Origin: Chrysiogenia bacterium
Lineage (GTDB): Bacteria; Acidobacteriota; Aminicenantia; UBA2199
Length of the DNA stretch: 64,000 nucleotides
Direction of reading: 5' to 3'
Assembly (NCBI GenBank): GCA_043826505.1
Contig: JBDRQC010000004.1
Coordinates: 721,428-785,427, forward strand
The notes beneath the pieces were generated by a model that did not search any database, was not told where the DNA came from, and saw only the letters and a program-made list of their open reading frames with translations. Shown here one piece after another: positions 24,615 through 33,818 of this stretch (the stretch's first letter is position 1; every line of letters begins with the position of its first letter). Position numbers and translations under genes: made by a program.

Positions 24615-27600
24615 ATGGTAAAAAGATGGATACTCATGATATTGATCGGATTAAGCGTTACTTCAATCCTGGCTCAGGAACGCCTGCGCTGCAAGCAATT
24701 GTCCTTGGACCAGGGACTTTCCCAGAGTTCTATTTTCACTATTGTCCAGGATAAATCAGGCTTCATCTGGATCGGCACCGAATCGGGGCTCAACCGCTAC
24801 GACGGCTATCAGTTCAAGGTTTACAGGCAGGATGTGGATGATCCCAATAGCTTGAGCAACAATATTGTCGAGTCTCTGCTGGTCGATTCGAGCGGAACAT
24901 TGTGGGTGGGAACAGACAATGGGCTCTGCCGCTATGTCCTTGAAAAGGATCATTTTGTTTCTTATCTGCATGATCCAAAAAAGAATGATTCGTTGAGCAA
25001 TAATCGTGTCTTTAACATTTATGAAGACAGTTCGGGAAATCTCTGGATTGGGACGGACGGAGGGTTGAATTGCCTGGACCGGCAAAGCGGCCGGTTCCAG
25101 CGTTTTCAAACCAAGCGCGATGCCAGCGCCACTTTGAGCCATAATCATGTACGCTCCATTCTCCAGGATCACCATGGTTTCCTCTGGGTGGGGACGGCTG
25201 GTGGCGGCCTTAACCGTTTAAATCTCCAGACTGGGCAGTTCGATCATTTTCGCCAGGCAGCGACTGAGGAAACCAGCATCAGTGACGATACGGTACTCGC
25301 CCTTTATGAGGACTCCTCAGGCAATCTCTGGGTGGGGACGCGAAAAGGTCTTGATCGCCTCGATCCTTCCCGTCAATCTTGCCAGCACTACCGGCACAAT
25401 CCCAACGACCCTTTCAGCTTGAGCAATGACTGGATAAACTGCATCTACAAGGACCGCTCAGGAGTTTTGTGGATCGGGACCAATGAAGGGGGAGTCAATA
25501 AATACCTGCCTGAAAGAAACGGATTCACCAGCTTTCGGCACAATCCGAACGATGTGACCAGCCTTGCTGGCGACCGGATTCGCGCCGTTATCGAGGATGA
25601 TTCGGGAAACATCTGGTTCGGAACCTACGAAGCCGGTATCTCCAAATACAACAAGGCTATCGCCAAATTCAAGCTCTACCATTCCGAACCCAACAACCCA
25701 AACAGCTTAAGCAGCAGCGATGTGAGGCAAATTTTCAAGGAAGATCAGAATATTATCTGGGTGGCTACGGAAGGCGGCGGTTTGAATCGTATTGACCGGG
25801 CTAGCGGAACATACACTGTGTTCATGAAAAATCCGCTTGACCCGCAGAGTATATCATCCAATCATCTTTTTTCCATTTTAAAAGATCGTGAAGGCATCAT
25901 GTGGATTACGACGGCTGATGGCGGTTTGAACAGGTTCGATGCCAAGCAGGGCAAATTTTCCCTTTATATGAACGATCCCCTCAATCCGCAGAGCATCAGC
26001 CATAACTTTATACGCACCATTGCCGAAGACCGCGCCGGCTACCTATGGCTCGGCACGGACGGTGGCGGAATGAACCGCTTTGACAAAAAAACCGGCCTCT
26101 GCAAAAGGTTTCTGCCGGAGCCGGAAAACCCCAACAGTTTGAGTTCTTTAAGAGTATTTTCCCTTTTTATTGATAAATCCGACATCATCTGGATCGGAAC
26201 CGGCGGCGGCGGATTGAACCGCTTCGACCCTGCTACGGAAACCTTCAAGGTCTTTCGTTATGATCCAAAAGTATCCGACGGTATCATGGATGATTATGTC
26301 ATATGCCTAACTGAGGACAGCCGCGGTTTTCTCTGGCTGGGAACAGCGCAAGGCTTGACACGGTTTGATCGCGAAAAGGAGGTGTTTCGCACCTACACCG
26401 AGAGGGATGGCCTCCCCGACCATACGATTTACGCTGTTGTCGAGGATCGGCAAAAAAATCTTTGGGTGACCACGAACCGTGGCTTGTCGCGTTTCAATCC
26501 GCTCACCGGAAAATTCAAAAATTTCCATTTAGATGATGGCCTGCAGGGTTATGAATTCAACACCTATAGTTTCTGCAAAGGTGATGATGGAGAGCTTTTT
26601 TTCGGCGGTATTCAGGGACTCAATTCTTTTTATCCCGAGCAGATCACTGATAATCCCCACATCCCCTCCATCGTGCTAACTCGTTTTCAACTCTTGAATA
26701 AAGATGTCCCCATTGGCAAAAAAGTGGGGGGGCGGGTGGTGATGGACAAAAACATCGGTGCAACGGATGTGCTCACCCTTTCCTACAAACAGAATGTCTT
26801 TTCTTTTGAATTTGCGGCCCTTGATTATAAGGCGCCGGAAAAAAACCAGTACGCCTATATGATGGTTGGTCTGGACGAGGAGTGGAATTATGTGGGCAAT
26901 CGCCATTTTGTGGCCTATGCCGGCATCCCACCGGGGAAATATATGTTTCGCGTCAAGGGCTCCAACAACGACGGCGTTTGGAACATTAAAGGAGTGTCAT
27001 TGCGAATCACCATTACCCCGCCTTTCTGGCAGACCTGGTGGTTTAGAATTCTCATCGGTCTTTTAACTCTCATGGGGATCTTCTTTCTGTTCAGTTTAAG
27101 GATAAGAAATATGAAAGCCCATAAAGAAGAACTGGAGCGGTTGGTTGAGGCCAAAACACAGGAACTGAAGTACACCAATGAGCAATTGTTGAATGCCAAC
27201 AGCAGACTGGAATATCTGTCTTTGACCGATGCCCTGACTCAATTGCCCAACCGTCGCAATTTTGAATTGTTTTTTATCCAAGAATGGAATCGCTGTAATC
27301 GGGATTCCCAACCTTTGTCTTTGCTGATGATCGACATCGATTATTTCAAATATTTCAACGACACCTATGGCCATCTGATGGGTGATGAGTGTCTTAAAAA
27401 AATCTCCGCCATCATTAAAAAAAGCACTCCCAGGACCTCTGATTTTTCAGCCCGGCTGGGCGGAGAAGAATTTATCATCGTTTTATCCAACACGCCGGTT
27501 CCCGGAGCCGTTCTTGTGGCTGAAAGATTGCGCTCAAGAGTGGAAGAAGCGGCTATCGTCCATAAAGGCTCCAAGGTCAATTCGGTGGTAACCATAAGCA

Positions 27601-27725
27601 TTGGAGTGGGCACAATGACTCCCAAGCAAGATGTGGAAAGCGATTATTTGATCAGTATTACCGATCAGGCATTGTATCAGGCTAAGCAGGATGGCCGTAA
27701 CCGCTATGCCGTTATCAATATCTGA
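24615..27725 (+). CDS. Periplasmic beta-propeller (two-component regulator propeller + Y_Y_Y) sensor diguanylate cyclase
   Basis: 1036 aa. Signal peptide, many LWIGTxxGLNRxD blade repeats, one TM helix (WWFRILIGLLTLMGIFFLF), a coiled coil and a GGDEF domain. The active site GGEEF (27459-27473) and the I-site RTSD five residues upstream are both intact. Confidence 0.85.
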   Translation: MVKRWILMILIGLSVTSILAQERLRCKQLSLDQGLSQSSIFTIVQDKSGFIWIGTESGLNRYDGYQFKVYRQDVDDPNSLSNNIVESLLVDSSGTLWVGTDNGLCRYVLEKDHFVSYLHDPKKNDSLSNNRVFNIYEDSSGNLWIGTDGGLNCLDRQSGRFQRFQTKRDASATLSHNHVRSILQDHHGFLWVGTAGGGLNRLNLQTGQFDHFRQAATEETSISDDTVLALYEDSSGNLWVGTRKGLDRLDPSRQSCQHYRHNPNDPFSLSNDWINCIYKDRSGVLWIGTNEGGVNKYLPERNGFTSFRHNPNDVTSLAGDRIRAVIEDDSGNIWFGTYEAGISKYNKAIAKFKLYHSEPNNPNSLSSSDVRQIFKEDQNIIWVATEGGGLNRIDRASGTYTVFMKNPLDPQSISSNHLFSILKDREGIMWITTADGGLNRFDAKQGKFSLYMNDPLNPQSISHNFIRTIAEDRAGYLWLGTDGGGMNRFDKKTGLCKRFLPEPENPNSLSSLRVFSLFIDKSDIIWIGTGGGGLNRFDPATETFKVFRYDPKVSDGIMDDYVICLTEDSRGFLWLGTAQGLTRFDREKEVFRTYTERDGLPDHTIYAVVEDRQKNLWVTTNRGLSRFNPLTGKFKNFHLDDGLQGYEFNTYSFCKGDDGELFFGGIQGLNSFYPEQITDNPHIPSIVLTRFQLLNKDVPIGKKVGGRVVMDKNIGATDVLTLSYKQNVFSFEFAALDYKAPEKNQYAYMMVGLDEEWNYVGNRHFVAYAGIPPGKYMFRVKGSNNDGVWNIKGVSLRITITPPFWQTWWFRILIGLLTLMGIFFLFSLRIRNMKAHKEELERLVEAKTQELKYTNEQLLNANSRLEYLSLTDALTQLPNRRNFELFFIQEWNRCNRDSQPLSLLMIDIDYFKYFNDTYGHLMGDECLKKISAIIKKSTPRTSDFSARLGGEEFIIVLSNTPVPGAVLVAERLRSRVEEAAIVHKGSKVNSVVTISIGVGTMTPKQDVESDYLISITDQALYQAKQDGRNRYAVINI

Positions 27726-27843
27726 TTAAATTGCCAACCGATGATTTTTCCGACAATGGAAACAAACAATTTAAAGCAATGTTTTGCAAATACTTGCCGA
27801 AATAAATAAAAAAAGATTACAATGTCAACATAGGGAGAAAACA

Positions 27844-28551
27844 ATGGAGAATGAAAAAGTTCGTATCGCCATGATTTCCATGAACGAAGGCGGGGGCAAA
27901 TTTTATCATTTGCTTATTGAGCGCTTCAAAGAAGTTACTATTGAATTTTATAAGACCGTCGGTCAATTTAAAAAGGAATGCGGCGATAAAAAGTATAACG
28001 GCATTATTGTAGATATGTATACAATTGTCAGCGCCTCCACTGAAGAAAAGGGTTTTTTCTTTTCAATGCAAAAAGGACTGCCGGTGATGCAGATGAAGCA
28101 TGGATTTCAACCGCAGGAGGTCAGCGGCTTTATCGATCAAAAAAAAGTGGGAAAGCTGTCAGGAATCGAGTTTGTGGAAAATTTTATCCACACGAGTTGC
28201 ATGAAGATACCGCCGCGCGGCATCAGGTTGTTCGAAAGAAAAAAGATTCTTTTGAAGATCCAGCTTTTATTGACACAAAAGGATCTTCCGATCAAGGGCG
28301 AGTTGTTGGATATCTCACAGGAAGGGTGTTTCATTATGGTGCCTCATGAAGTGAGCATACAAAATGAAAACAGAATTTGGATCACTATCAACGATCTGAT
28401 GGATAAAGATTTAATAGCATGCAGCGTAAAATGGAAAAAAACTCAACTAACTAATGATAAATCAGTTGTTGGATTGGGGGCCAAATTTGAAAAAATATCC
28501 AAGAAACAGAAAACGGAAATTCTCGATTTATTAAAAAATGCCAGCTCCTGA
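27844..28551 (+). CDS. Stand-alone PilZ-domain c-di-GMP receptor with a receiver-like N-terminal domain
   Basis: The C-terminal PilZ motifs are RLFER (RxxxR) and DISQEG (DxSxxG, about 28309-28326). Start at the ATG at 27844, with an AGGGAG RBS. Confidence 0.7.
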   Translation: MENEKVRIAMISMNEGGGKFYHLLIERFKEVTIEFYKTVGQFKKECGDKKYNGIIVDMYTIVSASTEEKGFFFSMQKGLPVMQMKHGFQPQEVSGFIDQKKVGKLSGIEFVENFIHTSCMKIPPRGIRLFERKKILLKIQLLLTQKDLPIKGELLDISQEGCFIMVPHEVSIQNENRIWITINDLMDKDLIACSVKWKKTQLTNDKSVVGLGAKFEKISKKQKTEILDLLKNASS

Positions 28552-28646
28552 TTAGTGCTTGAACGAGATTTTTCAAGTGCCATTTTGCCTGAGGGGATTA
28601 ATAAAATTGTGTTCACTCCCGATTGATTAAACCAAAATAACAATGT

Positions 28647-28691
28647 TTTTACCTATAATTCCTGTATTCTTGAACTTGATGGAAGTTTCTG
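28647..28691 (+). promoter_or_regulatory. Conserved 45-nt upstream element, copy B (upstream of the CslA-like GT2 gene)
   Basis: TTTTACCTATAATTCCTGTATTCTTGAACTTGATGGAAGTTTCTG. It ends 12 nt before the predicted -35 box of the GT2 promoter. Confidence 0.5.
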
Positions 28692-28702
28692 ACCCCTTAC
28701 GC

Positions 28703-28731
28703 TTGAACCGACAATGATTTTGTTGTATAAT
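28703..28731 (+). promoter_or_regulatory. Putative sigma70 promoter of the GT2 synthase gene
   Basis: TTGAAC (28703-28708), 17-nt spacer, TATAAT (28726-28731), 31 nt before the ATG. Confidence 0.5.
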
Positions 28732-28762
28732 TTATTTTCAATAGTGACCTTATGGGGATGAA

Positions 28763-30262
28763 ATGGAAAATCTAAACGCAGTTATTGTGGTGCTTTATTT
28801 TGTGGTGCTTTCGATCCTGGCCATTTTCGGCGCGCACCGATATTATATGGTTTATTTATATTATAGATACAAAAATGCAGTTCCCAAGCCAGAAAGCGAG
28901 TTCGACGAATTGCCGCGGGTGACCATTCAGCTGCCCATGTATAATGAAATGTATGTAGCGGAACGCTTGATCGATGCGGTAGTAAAAATGGACTATCCCC
29001 GGGAATTGCTGGAGATACAGGTCTTGGATGATTCCACTGACGAAACCGTGGCTATTGCCCAGCGGCGGGTGAATTTTTACAAAAAGCAAGGCATGGACAT
29101 TTCCTACCTGCAGCGAAAAAATCGCAAGGGATTCAAGGCCGGGGCGCTGGAAGAAGGCATGAAGGTGGCCAAGGGCGAATTCATTGCCGTTTTTGATGCC
29201 GATTTCATTCCCCACAAGCATTTCCTGATGAACACCATCCACTATTTCACATCTGATAAGGTGGCCATGGTGCAGATGCGTTGGAGCCACTTGAATCGTA
29301 ATTTTTCGCTGATGACCAATTTGCAGTCGATCTTCCTGGATGGCCACTTCGTGATCGAACACACGGCTCGCAACCGATCCGGAAGATTTTTCAATTTTAA
29401 TGGCACAGCTGGGATCTGGCGTAAAATCGCAATTATCGATGGTGGCGGCTGGCAGCATGATACCCTGACCGAGGACCTCGACTTGAGTTACCGCACCCAG
29501 ATGAAGGGGTGGCAGTTCATCTATCTCCCTGATCATTCGGTCCCTGCCGAATTGCCCGTGGATATTGTTGCCTTCAAAGCTCAACAGCATCGCTGGGCCA
29601 AAGGCTCCATTCAAACAGCCAAAAAACTGCTGCCCAGAATATTCAAGGCGTCATTGCCCCTGAAGGTGAAAGTTGAAGCGTTTTTTCACCTGGCGGCCAA
29701 TACGGCCTACCTCTTGATGGTGCCGTTGTCAATTTCCATCCTGCCGGTGGTGATTTTAAGACGAAATTTGGTTTGGGGCCAGATGTTTATATATGATGTG
29801 CCCTTATTCCTGATGGCTACGGCCTCGGTTTCCGCTTTTTATATTGTTTCACAAAAAGAAATCTATTCCAATTGGACCAACACCTTCAAGTATCTTCCGC
29901 TGCTTATGGGGTTGGGGATCGGATTGTCAGTTAACAATTCCGTCGCGGTTTTGGAAGCCCTTTTCAATAAGGAATCTGAATTCGTGCGTACTCCCAAATT
30001 CGGGATCGAGAAAAAAAATGACACTTGGGCTTCTAAAAAATACAAAGGGAACAAGAATCTTCTAATTCCCGTGGTTGAGCTCGCTCTCGGCCTTTATTTT
30101 ACATTTGCCGTGATCACCTGCGTCATTGAAGGCATTTGGCTGACCCTCCCCTTTCTCATGCTTTTTCAATACGGGTATCTATATATTGCCTTTCTTTCAT
30201 TTTCTACAATTTTCAAAAACAAGTTTCTATTGAAAAAAGCCAGCGTCAGCATCGTCAGCTGA
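28763..30262 (+). CDS. Processive membrane GT2 polysaccharide synthase, CslA/CslC-like (beta-1,4 mannan/glucan synthase-like)
   Basis: 499 aa. N- and C-terminal TM helices. Motifs VTIQLPMYNE, IQVLDDSTDET, FDADF, NGTAGIWR, TEDLDLSYR and QQHRWAKG (QxxRW). No C-terminal PilZ domain. Confidence 0.8.
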   Translation: MENLNAVIVVLYFVVLSILAIFGAHRYYMVYLYYRYKNAVPKPESEFDELPRVTIQLPMYNEMYVAERLIDAVVKMDYPRELLEIQVLDDSTDETVAIAQRRVNFYKKQGMDISYLQRKNRKGFKAGALEEGMKVAKGEFIAVFDADFIPHKHFLMNTIHYFTSDKVAMVQMRWSHLNRNFSLMTNLQSIFLDGHFVIEHTARNRSGRFFNFNGTAGIWRKIAIIDGGGWQHDTLTEDLDLSYRTQMKGWQFIYLPDHSVPAELPVDIVAFKAQQHRWAKGSIQTAKKLLPRIFKASLPLKVKVEAFFHLAANTAYLLMVPLSISILPVVILRRNLVWGQMFIYDVPLFLMATASVSAFYIVSQKEIYSNWTNTFKYLPLLMGLGIGLSVNNSVAVLEALFNKESEFVRTPKFGIEKKNDTWASKKYKGNKNLLIPVVELALGLYFTFAVITCVIEGIWLTLPFLMLFQYGYLYIAFLSFSTIFKNKFLLKKASVSIVS

Positions 30263-30323
30263 TTCTTGCCGGAGAAGAATTTTCTCAATGCAGCCAATGA
30301 TTCGCGGACAATATTGAAACAAT

Positions 30324-31367
30324 ATGAGATTCAGCGCCTATTTTATCAAATTTTCCCATTCCCAGGCCAATTTCACTGGCAATGTCCAGATCGCGGGCAA
30401 AAGCGTAGCAGCTAATTTCAGTAAAATAAGCGATGATCTGTTCGCGGCTCATTTTAAAAACCAGGTTGAATTCAGTTTCCGGCAGGAAATAGATTTTAAA
30501 AACGTCAAGGGTCGTTTTACAGTGCTATTGCCAGTTCTATCACAGTACAATCAGAGAAAACTGAAAAAGTTGGCGGAAATCCTGCGATCTATCCAGGATA
30601 AAGCTTTCAGGGAAATCATCTTGGCTCTGTTGACCGTGGAAAATTTTCTGGAAGTGGAAAGCCTGCTTTATTTTTTTTCCCTGGAAAGAAGCGCGGCGGC
30701 AAAGGTTTTGATCGAATTGGAACTTGCCAGGCAACTGAAAGTCATCAATCTTAATTATTTGTTCGTCACGTCCTGGGAGCATTTTCTGCAAAACCTGGCC
30801 GCTATGGAAAGCGGTTTGCGGCAGGCGTATGAAGGCAGGGAAAGAACCTTGAAATTCACTCAATTGGAAAAGACGGTCAAAATCCCCCAGGAAACCATTT
30901 TTTTCAAGTACTTGTTAACAAAATGCAGCCAGGAGTTTCCTTGCAAAGTGCTGCCTAATATGCTGATTTTTTCCAAGCTGCCCTTGATGGGCGAAGAAAA
31001 AACGCGTATGGCCGATATAGAAAAAACCTTGAAAGCCAACAAACTTCTGATATTTACCATTGAAAATGTTCAGAAAAACACGGACTACTCTCTCAAACAG
31101 ATAAATGATTCACTTTGGTACATGCTCGACGAGGAAAAATTCCTGCAATTGGATGAGAGGCATTTTATCTTTAGTGATGAATACAACAAGATCATCAACC
31201 GTTTGAAAAAATTCAAGCGTAACCAGGGCGATATTTTAACTTTTGATGATCTGCGCGCCGTCACTTCCTACAGCAGAAAATATCTCATTGTTTTGTTTGA
31301 ATATTGGGATGGACACAATATTACCCGGCGGGTGGGTAATAAAAGACAGATTTTGCTTGGAGTCTGA
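30324..31367 (+). CDS. SelB C-terminal (winged-helix, SECIS-binding domain IV)-like protein lacking the GTPase domains
   Basis: The C-terminus ILTFDDLRAVTSYSRKYLIVLFEYWDGHNITRRVGNKRQIL matches the terminal SelB winged helix (FRDLLGTSRKYAIPLLEYxDxxGxTRRVGDxRVL pattern). Upstream WH-like repeats are present. An in-frame TGA at 30315 rules out an N-terminal extension. Confidence 0.6.
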   Translation: MRFSAYFIKFSHSQANFTGNVQIAGKSVAANFSKISDDLFAAHFKNQVEFSFRQEIDFKNVKGRFTVLLPVLSQYNQRKLKKLAEILRSIQDKAFREIILALLTVENFLEVESLLYFFSLERSAAAKVLIELELARQLKVINLNYLFVTSWEHFLQNLAAMESGLRQAYEGRERTLKFTQLEKTVKIPQETIFFKYLLTKCSQEFPCKVLPNMLIFSKLPLMGEEKTRMADIEKTLKANKLLIFTIENVQKNTDYSLKQINDSLWYMLDEEKFLQLDERHFIFSDEYNKIINRLKKFKRNQGDILTFDDLRAVTSYSRKYLIVLFEYWDGHNITRRVGNKRQILLGV

Positions 31368-32375
31368 TCAGGGAAGCGTAATGCCCAGGCGGGTTTTCGC
31401 TGCGCCCACAACATCATTGAAAACTTTTTCCTGCTCTGCCAGGGGCTGTCCTTTGGTTTTTACATAAAAAATGAGATGTTGCAGCAATTTCAAGGCCTCT
31501 TCGGAATATTTTTCGTCGTTCAGCAGGTGGGCTTCGGCCAGATAATCCAAGGCGTTGTCCAAATTATCGTTTTGGTTAAGTAAAACCCCCAGATCGTATG
31601 CCACCTTGGCATTTCTCTTCATTTGGTATGAAGTTTTCAGGTTCTCAATGGCCTTATCCTGGTCTTTCAATCGTGCGTACCAGAGCCCCAGCATTTTATA
31701 GTAATCAGCATGGGGTTTGTTCTGGTTTATGGCTTCTACGCCGCGGATCGCTTCTCTCAAGTTGTCGTTCTTGAGCATGCGTTCGCTTAAAGCCAAAACG
31801 AAATTGGCGGATTTGTCCGATTTATCCAATTGGTATGCCTCAAGTGCCTTGTTTAAAGCGTTCACGGCGTTTTGCGGGTCGTTGGGTTTGGCTGCCAGTA
31901 ATTGCACCTGAATGCGCAGGGCCGGGGCAACGTAATTGTTGTCGATGAGTGAGTTGTTCTGGGTAGCGCTGTTAAGTTTTCTGGCTAGTATAATGACTTT
32001 TTCGGCGTAGCTATAGGCCATGTCCAGATCTTTTTTGGTCAGGTTATAGGCATTGGCCAGGAAAAGATAAAGGCGCAGCTTGTAGCTGGATTCGAGCTCC
32101 TCGTAGGTCAGTGCTTTTTCACCGAATTCGATGGTTCGTTCATATTGCTGCAGCTGGTATGTGGTTTCTGCTAGGTGGAGGTACATATAAATGGAATTTC
32201 GGTCTTCCTTGCCGCCGTATTTATTGTAATATTCATCGAGTTTTTGCATTTTGACTTTCAGGTCTTTTTCGCCAACGAGGGCGATCCAGGCGTCGGTCTG
32301 TTCCTTGTCCAGGGCGAGCACTCCTGTCAAGGCGATGGTTATAAGAATTAAAATAAGAAAGGAAAGTTTCTTCAT
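31368..32375 (-). CDS. Secreted TPR-repeat protein
   Basis: 335 aa. Signal peptide MKKLSFLILILITIALTGVLA. Repeated TPR-like A/Y/L helical pairs. Its stop abuts the stop of the convergent gene (tga|tca at 31365-31370). Confidence 0.65.
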   Translation of the reverse strand: MKKLSFLILILITIALTGVLALDKEQTDAWIALVGEKDLKVKMQKLDEYYNKYGGKEDRNSIYMYLHLAETTYQLQQYERTIEFGEKALTYEELESSYKLRLYLFLANAYNLTKKDLDMAYSYAEKVIILARKLNSATQNNSLIDNNYVAPALRIQVQLLAAKPNDPQNAVNALNKALEAYQLDKSDKSANFVLALSERMLKNDNLREAIRGVEAINQNKPHADYYKMLGLWYARLKDQDKAIENLKTSYQMKRNAKVAYDLGVLLNQNDNLDNALDYLAEAHLLNDEKYSEEALKLLQHLIFYVKTKGQPLAEQEKVFNDVVGAAKTRLGITLP

Positions 32376-32507
32376 TGCTGAAATCCTCCAATTTTTGAAT
32401 TTAGTATTAATTATAAATAAAATAGTTCGCCAATGTCAAGTTAAATTCTGGCAAGCACTAAAAAATGAGCATTTGACTAAAATTATGTTCCCCGGTAAAA
32501 TAAAAAA

Positions 32508-33818
32508 GTGATAAAGGCATGGATTTTTTGTTGCTGTTTAGTTTTTGCGCTCGTTCCCGTCGCCGCGCAAACGGTCACGGTTAGTTCCTTCGAATTGCCC
32601 AATGGCCTGAAAGTAATCCTTTCTCCCAGCAGCGACATGCAGGCCGCTGCGGTCTGCGTTTATCACATGCATGGCGCCCGCAATGAGCCTGCCGACACCC
32701 GTGGAATATCCTACCTGTATCAGTATCTGATGTTCGATGGAAACGAAAACCTTGAGCCGTACGACCATGTCCTTTTCGTCAATAAAATGGGCGGAATCGT
32801 CAGCGGGCGGGTGAATTATGACAATGCCGTTTTTTATGAGACGCTTCCGGCCCAGGAGATCAATGTGGCCCTTTGGCTGGAAAGCGAACGCTTGAAAAGC
32901 CTGCGCCTGCAGGATGCAAATATTGACTATCACAAGAACCAGATCTTCAATCGCATAAATCGTCTCTGGGAATCGAGCCAGAATTTCAAGGCACAGACTT
33001 GGGTCAATTCCAAGGTTTTTGAAGGTTCGGCGTATGAATACCCGCTGTATGGAGACCTGAACAATATCCGTTTTTTAAGCAACGATAGGATAAGGGAGAA
33101 CTATCGCAATTTTCAGAGTCTTGCCAATATCCTCCTGATTATTGCAGGGAAATTTGATATCAATGAATTGCGGGCCGGGATCAACAAGTTTTTCCAGGAT
33201 ATCCCTCCTGGCCGGAAGCCTTCCAACCCGGTTTTCAGCGCCCACAACCAGCGAAAATCCTTTTTGCTTAAAAATTGGATGATTGAGGGCCTGAAAAGAA
33301 ATTTTGTAGTGTATGGCATCAAGGCTCCGGCCAAGATCGGCTATAATTTCATGTATTTCGATTTTTTACGCTATTACCTGACCGATCCGCGCTTTGCCCG
33401 GCTTGACCATGTTCTCAACATTGTAAACAAATTGGATGTCGAGATCGAGAGCAGTTTCACCGATTATATGGAGGCCAATTGCCTTACCATCCAGATCTCG
33501 GCCACCAAGCGCATCAATCTTGAAAAAGCCAAATATGTTCTGGAAAAAGAATTCCAGGCCCTGAGCAGCAATCCCATAAGCAACAGTGATGTGAGAGCTA
33601 TTCGCTCCCTGATGGAAATTGATTTTTTAAAAAGCATGATCTCTTTGGAGGAAAGATGCTTACGCATCGGCGAATTCTTTCATATGTTCGGCGAACTGAA
33701 TTTTTTTGACGTTCAGCTCAAGCGCCTGCGCAAGATCACTTCTTATGATATTATGGAAAGCGCGAAAAAATATCTGGTGAAGCAAAACCAGGTTGTCCTG
33801 AATGTTTATGACAAATAG
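32508..33818 (+). CDS. M16 (pitrilysin/insulinase) family protein lacking the HxxEH zinc motif
   Basis: 436 aa. Signal peptide. M16 fold pattern (ELPNGLKVIL, NAVFYET). The zinc-motif position reads YLYQY. GTG start. Confidence 0.65.
   Translation: MIKAWIFCCCLVFALVPVAAQTVTVSSFELPNGLKVILSPSSDMQAAAVCVYHMHGARNEPADTRGISYLYQYLMFDGNENLEPYDHVLFVNKMGGIVSGRVNYDNAVFYETLPAQEINVALWLESERLKSLRLQDANIDYHKNQIFNRINRLWESSQNFKAQTWVNSKVFEGSAYEYPLYGDLNNIRFLSNDRIRENYRNFQSLANILLIIAGKFDINELRAGINKFFQDIPPGRKPSNPVFSAHNQRKSFLLKNWMIEGLKRNFVVYGIKAPAKIGYNFMYFDFLRYYLTDPRFARLDHVLNIVNKLDVEIESSFTDYMEANCLTIQISATKRINLEKAKYVLEKEFQALSSNPISNSDVRAIRSLMEIDFLKSMISLEERCLRIGEFFHMFGELNFFDVQLKRLRKITSYDIMESAKKYLVKQNQVVLNVYDK

Noticed and set aside
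24615-26700. Apparent periodicity in the GGDEF sensor gene that could be mistaken for a DNA tandem-repeat array.
   Set aside because: The repetition is at the protein level: roughly 45-aa beta-propeller blades with the LWIGTxxGLNRxD motif. The underlying nucleotide sequences are divergent.
28558-28577. Hairpin CTTGAA-N8-TTCAAG after the PilZ gene as an intrinsic terminator.
   Set aside because: The stem is AT-rich and only 6 bp, and the T-tract is weak and interrupted. It is kept only as a remote possibility and is not listed as a feature.
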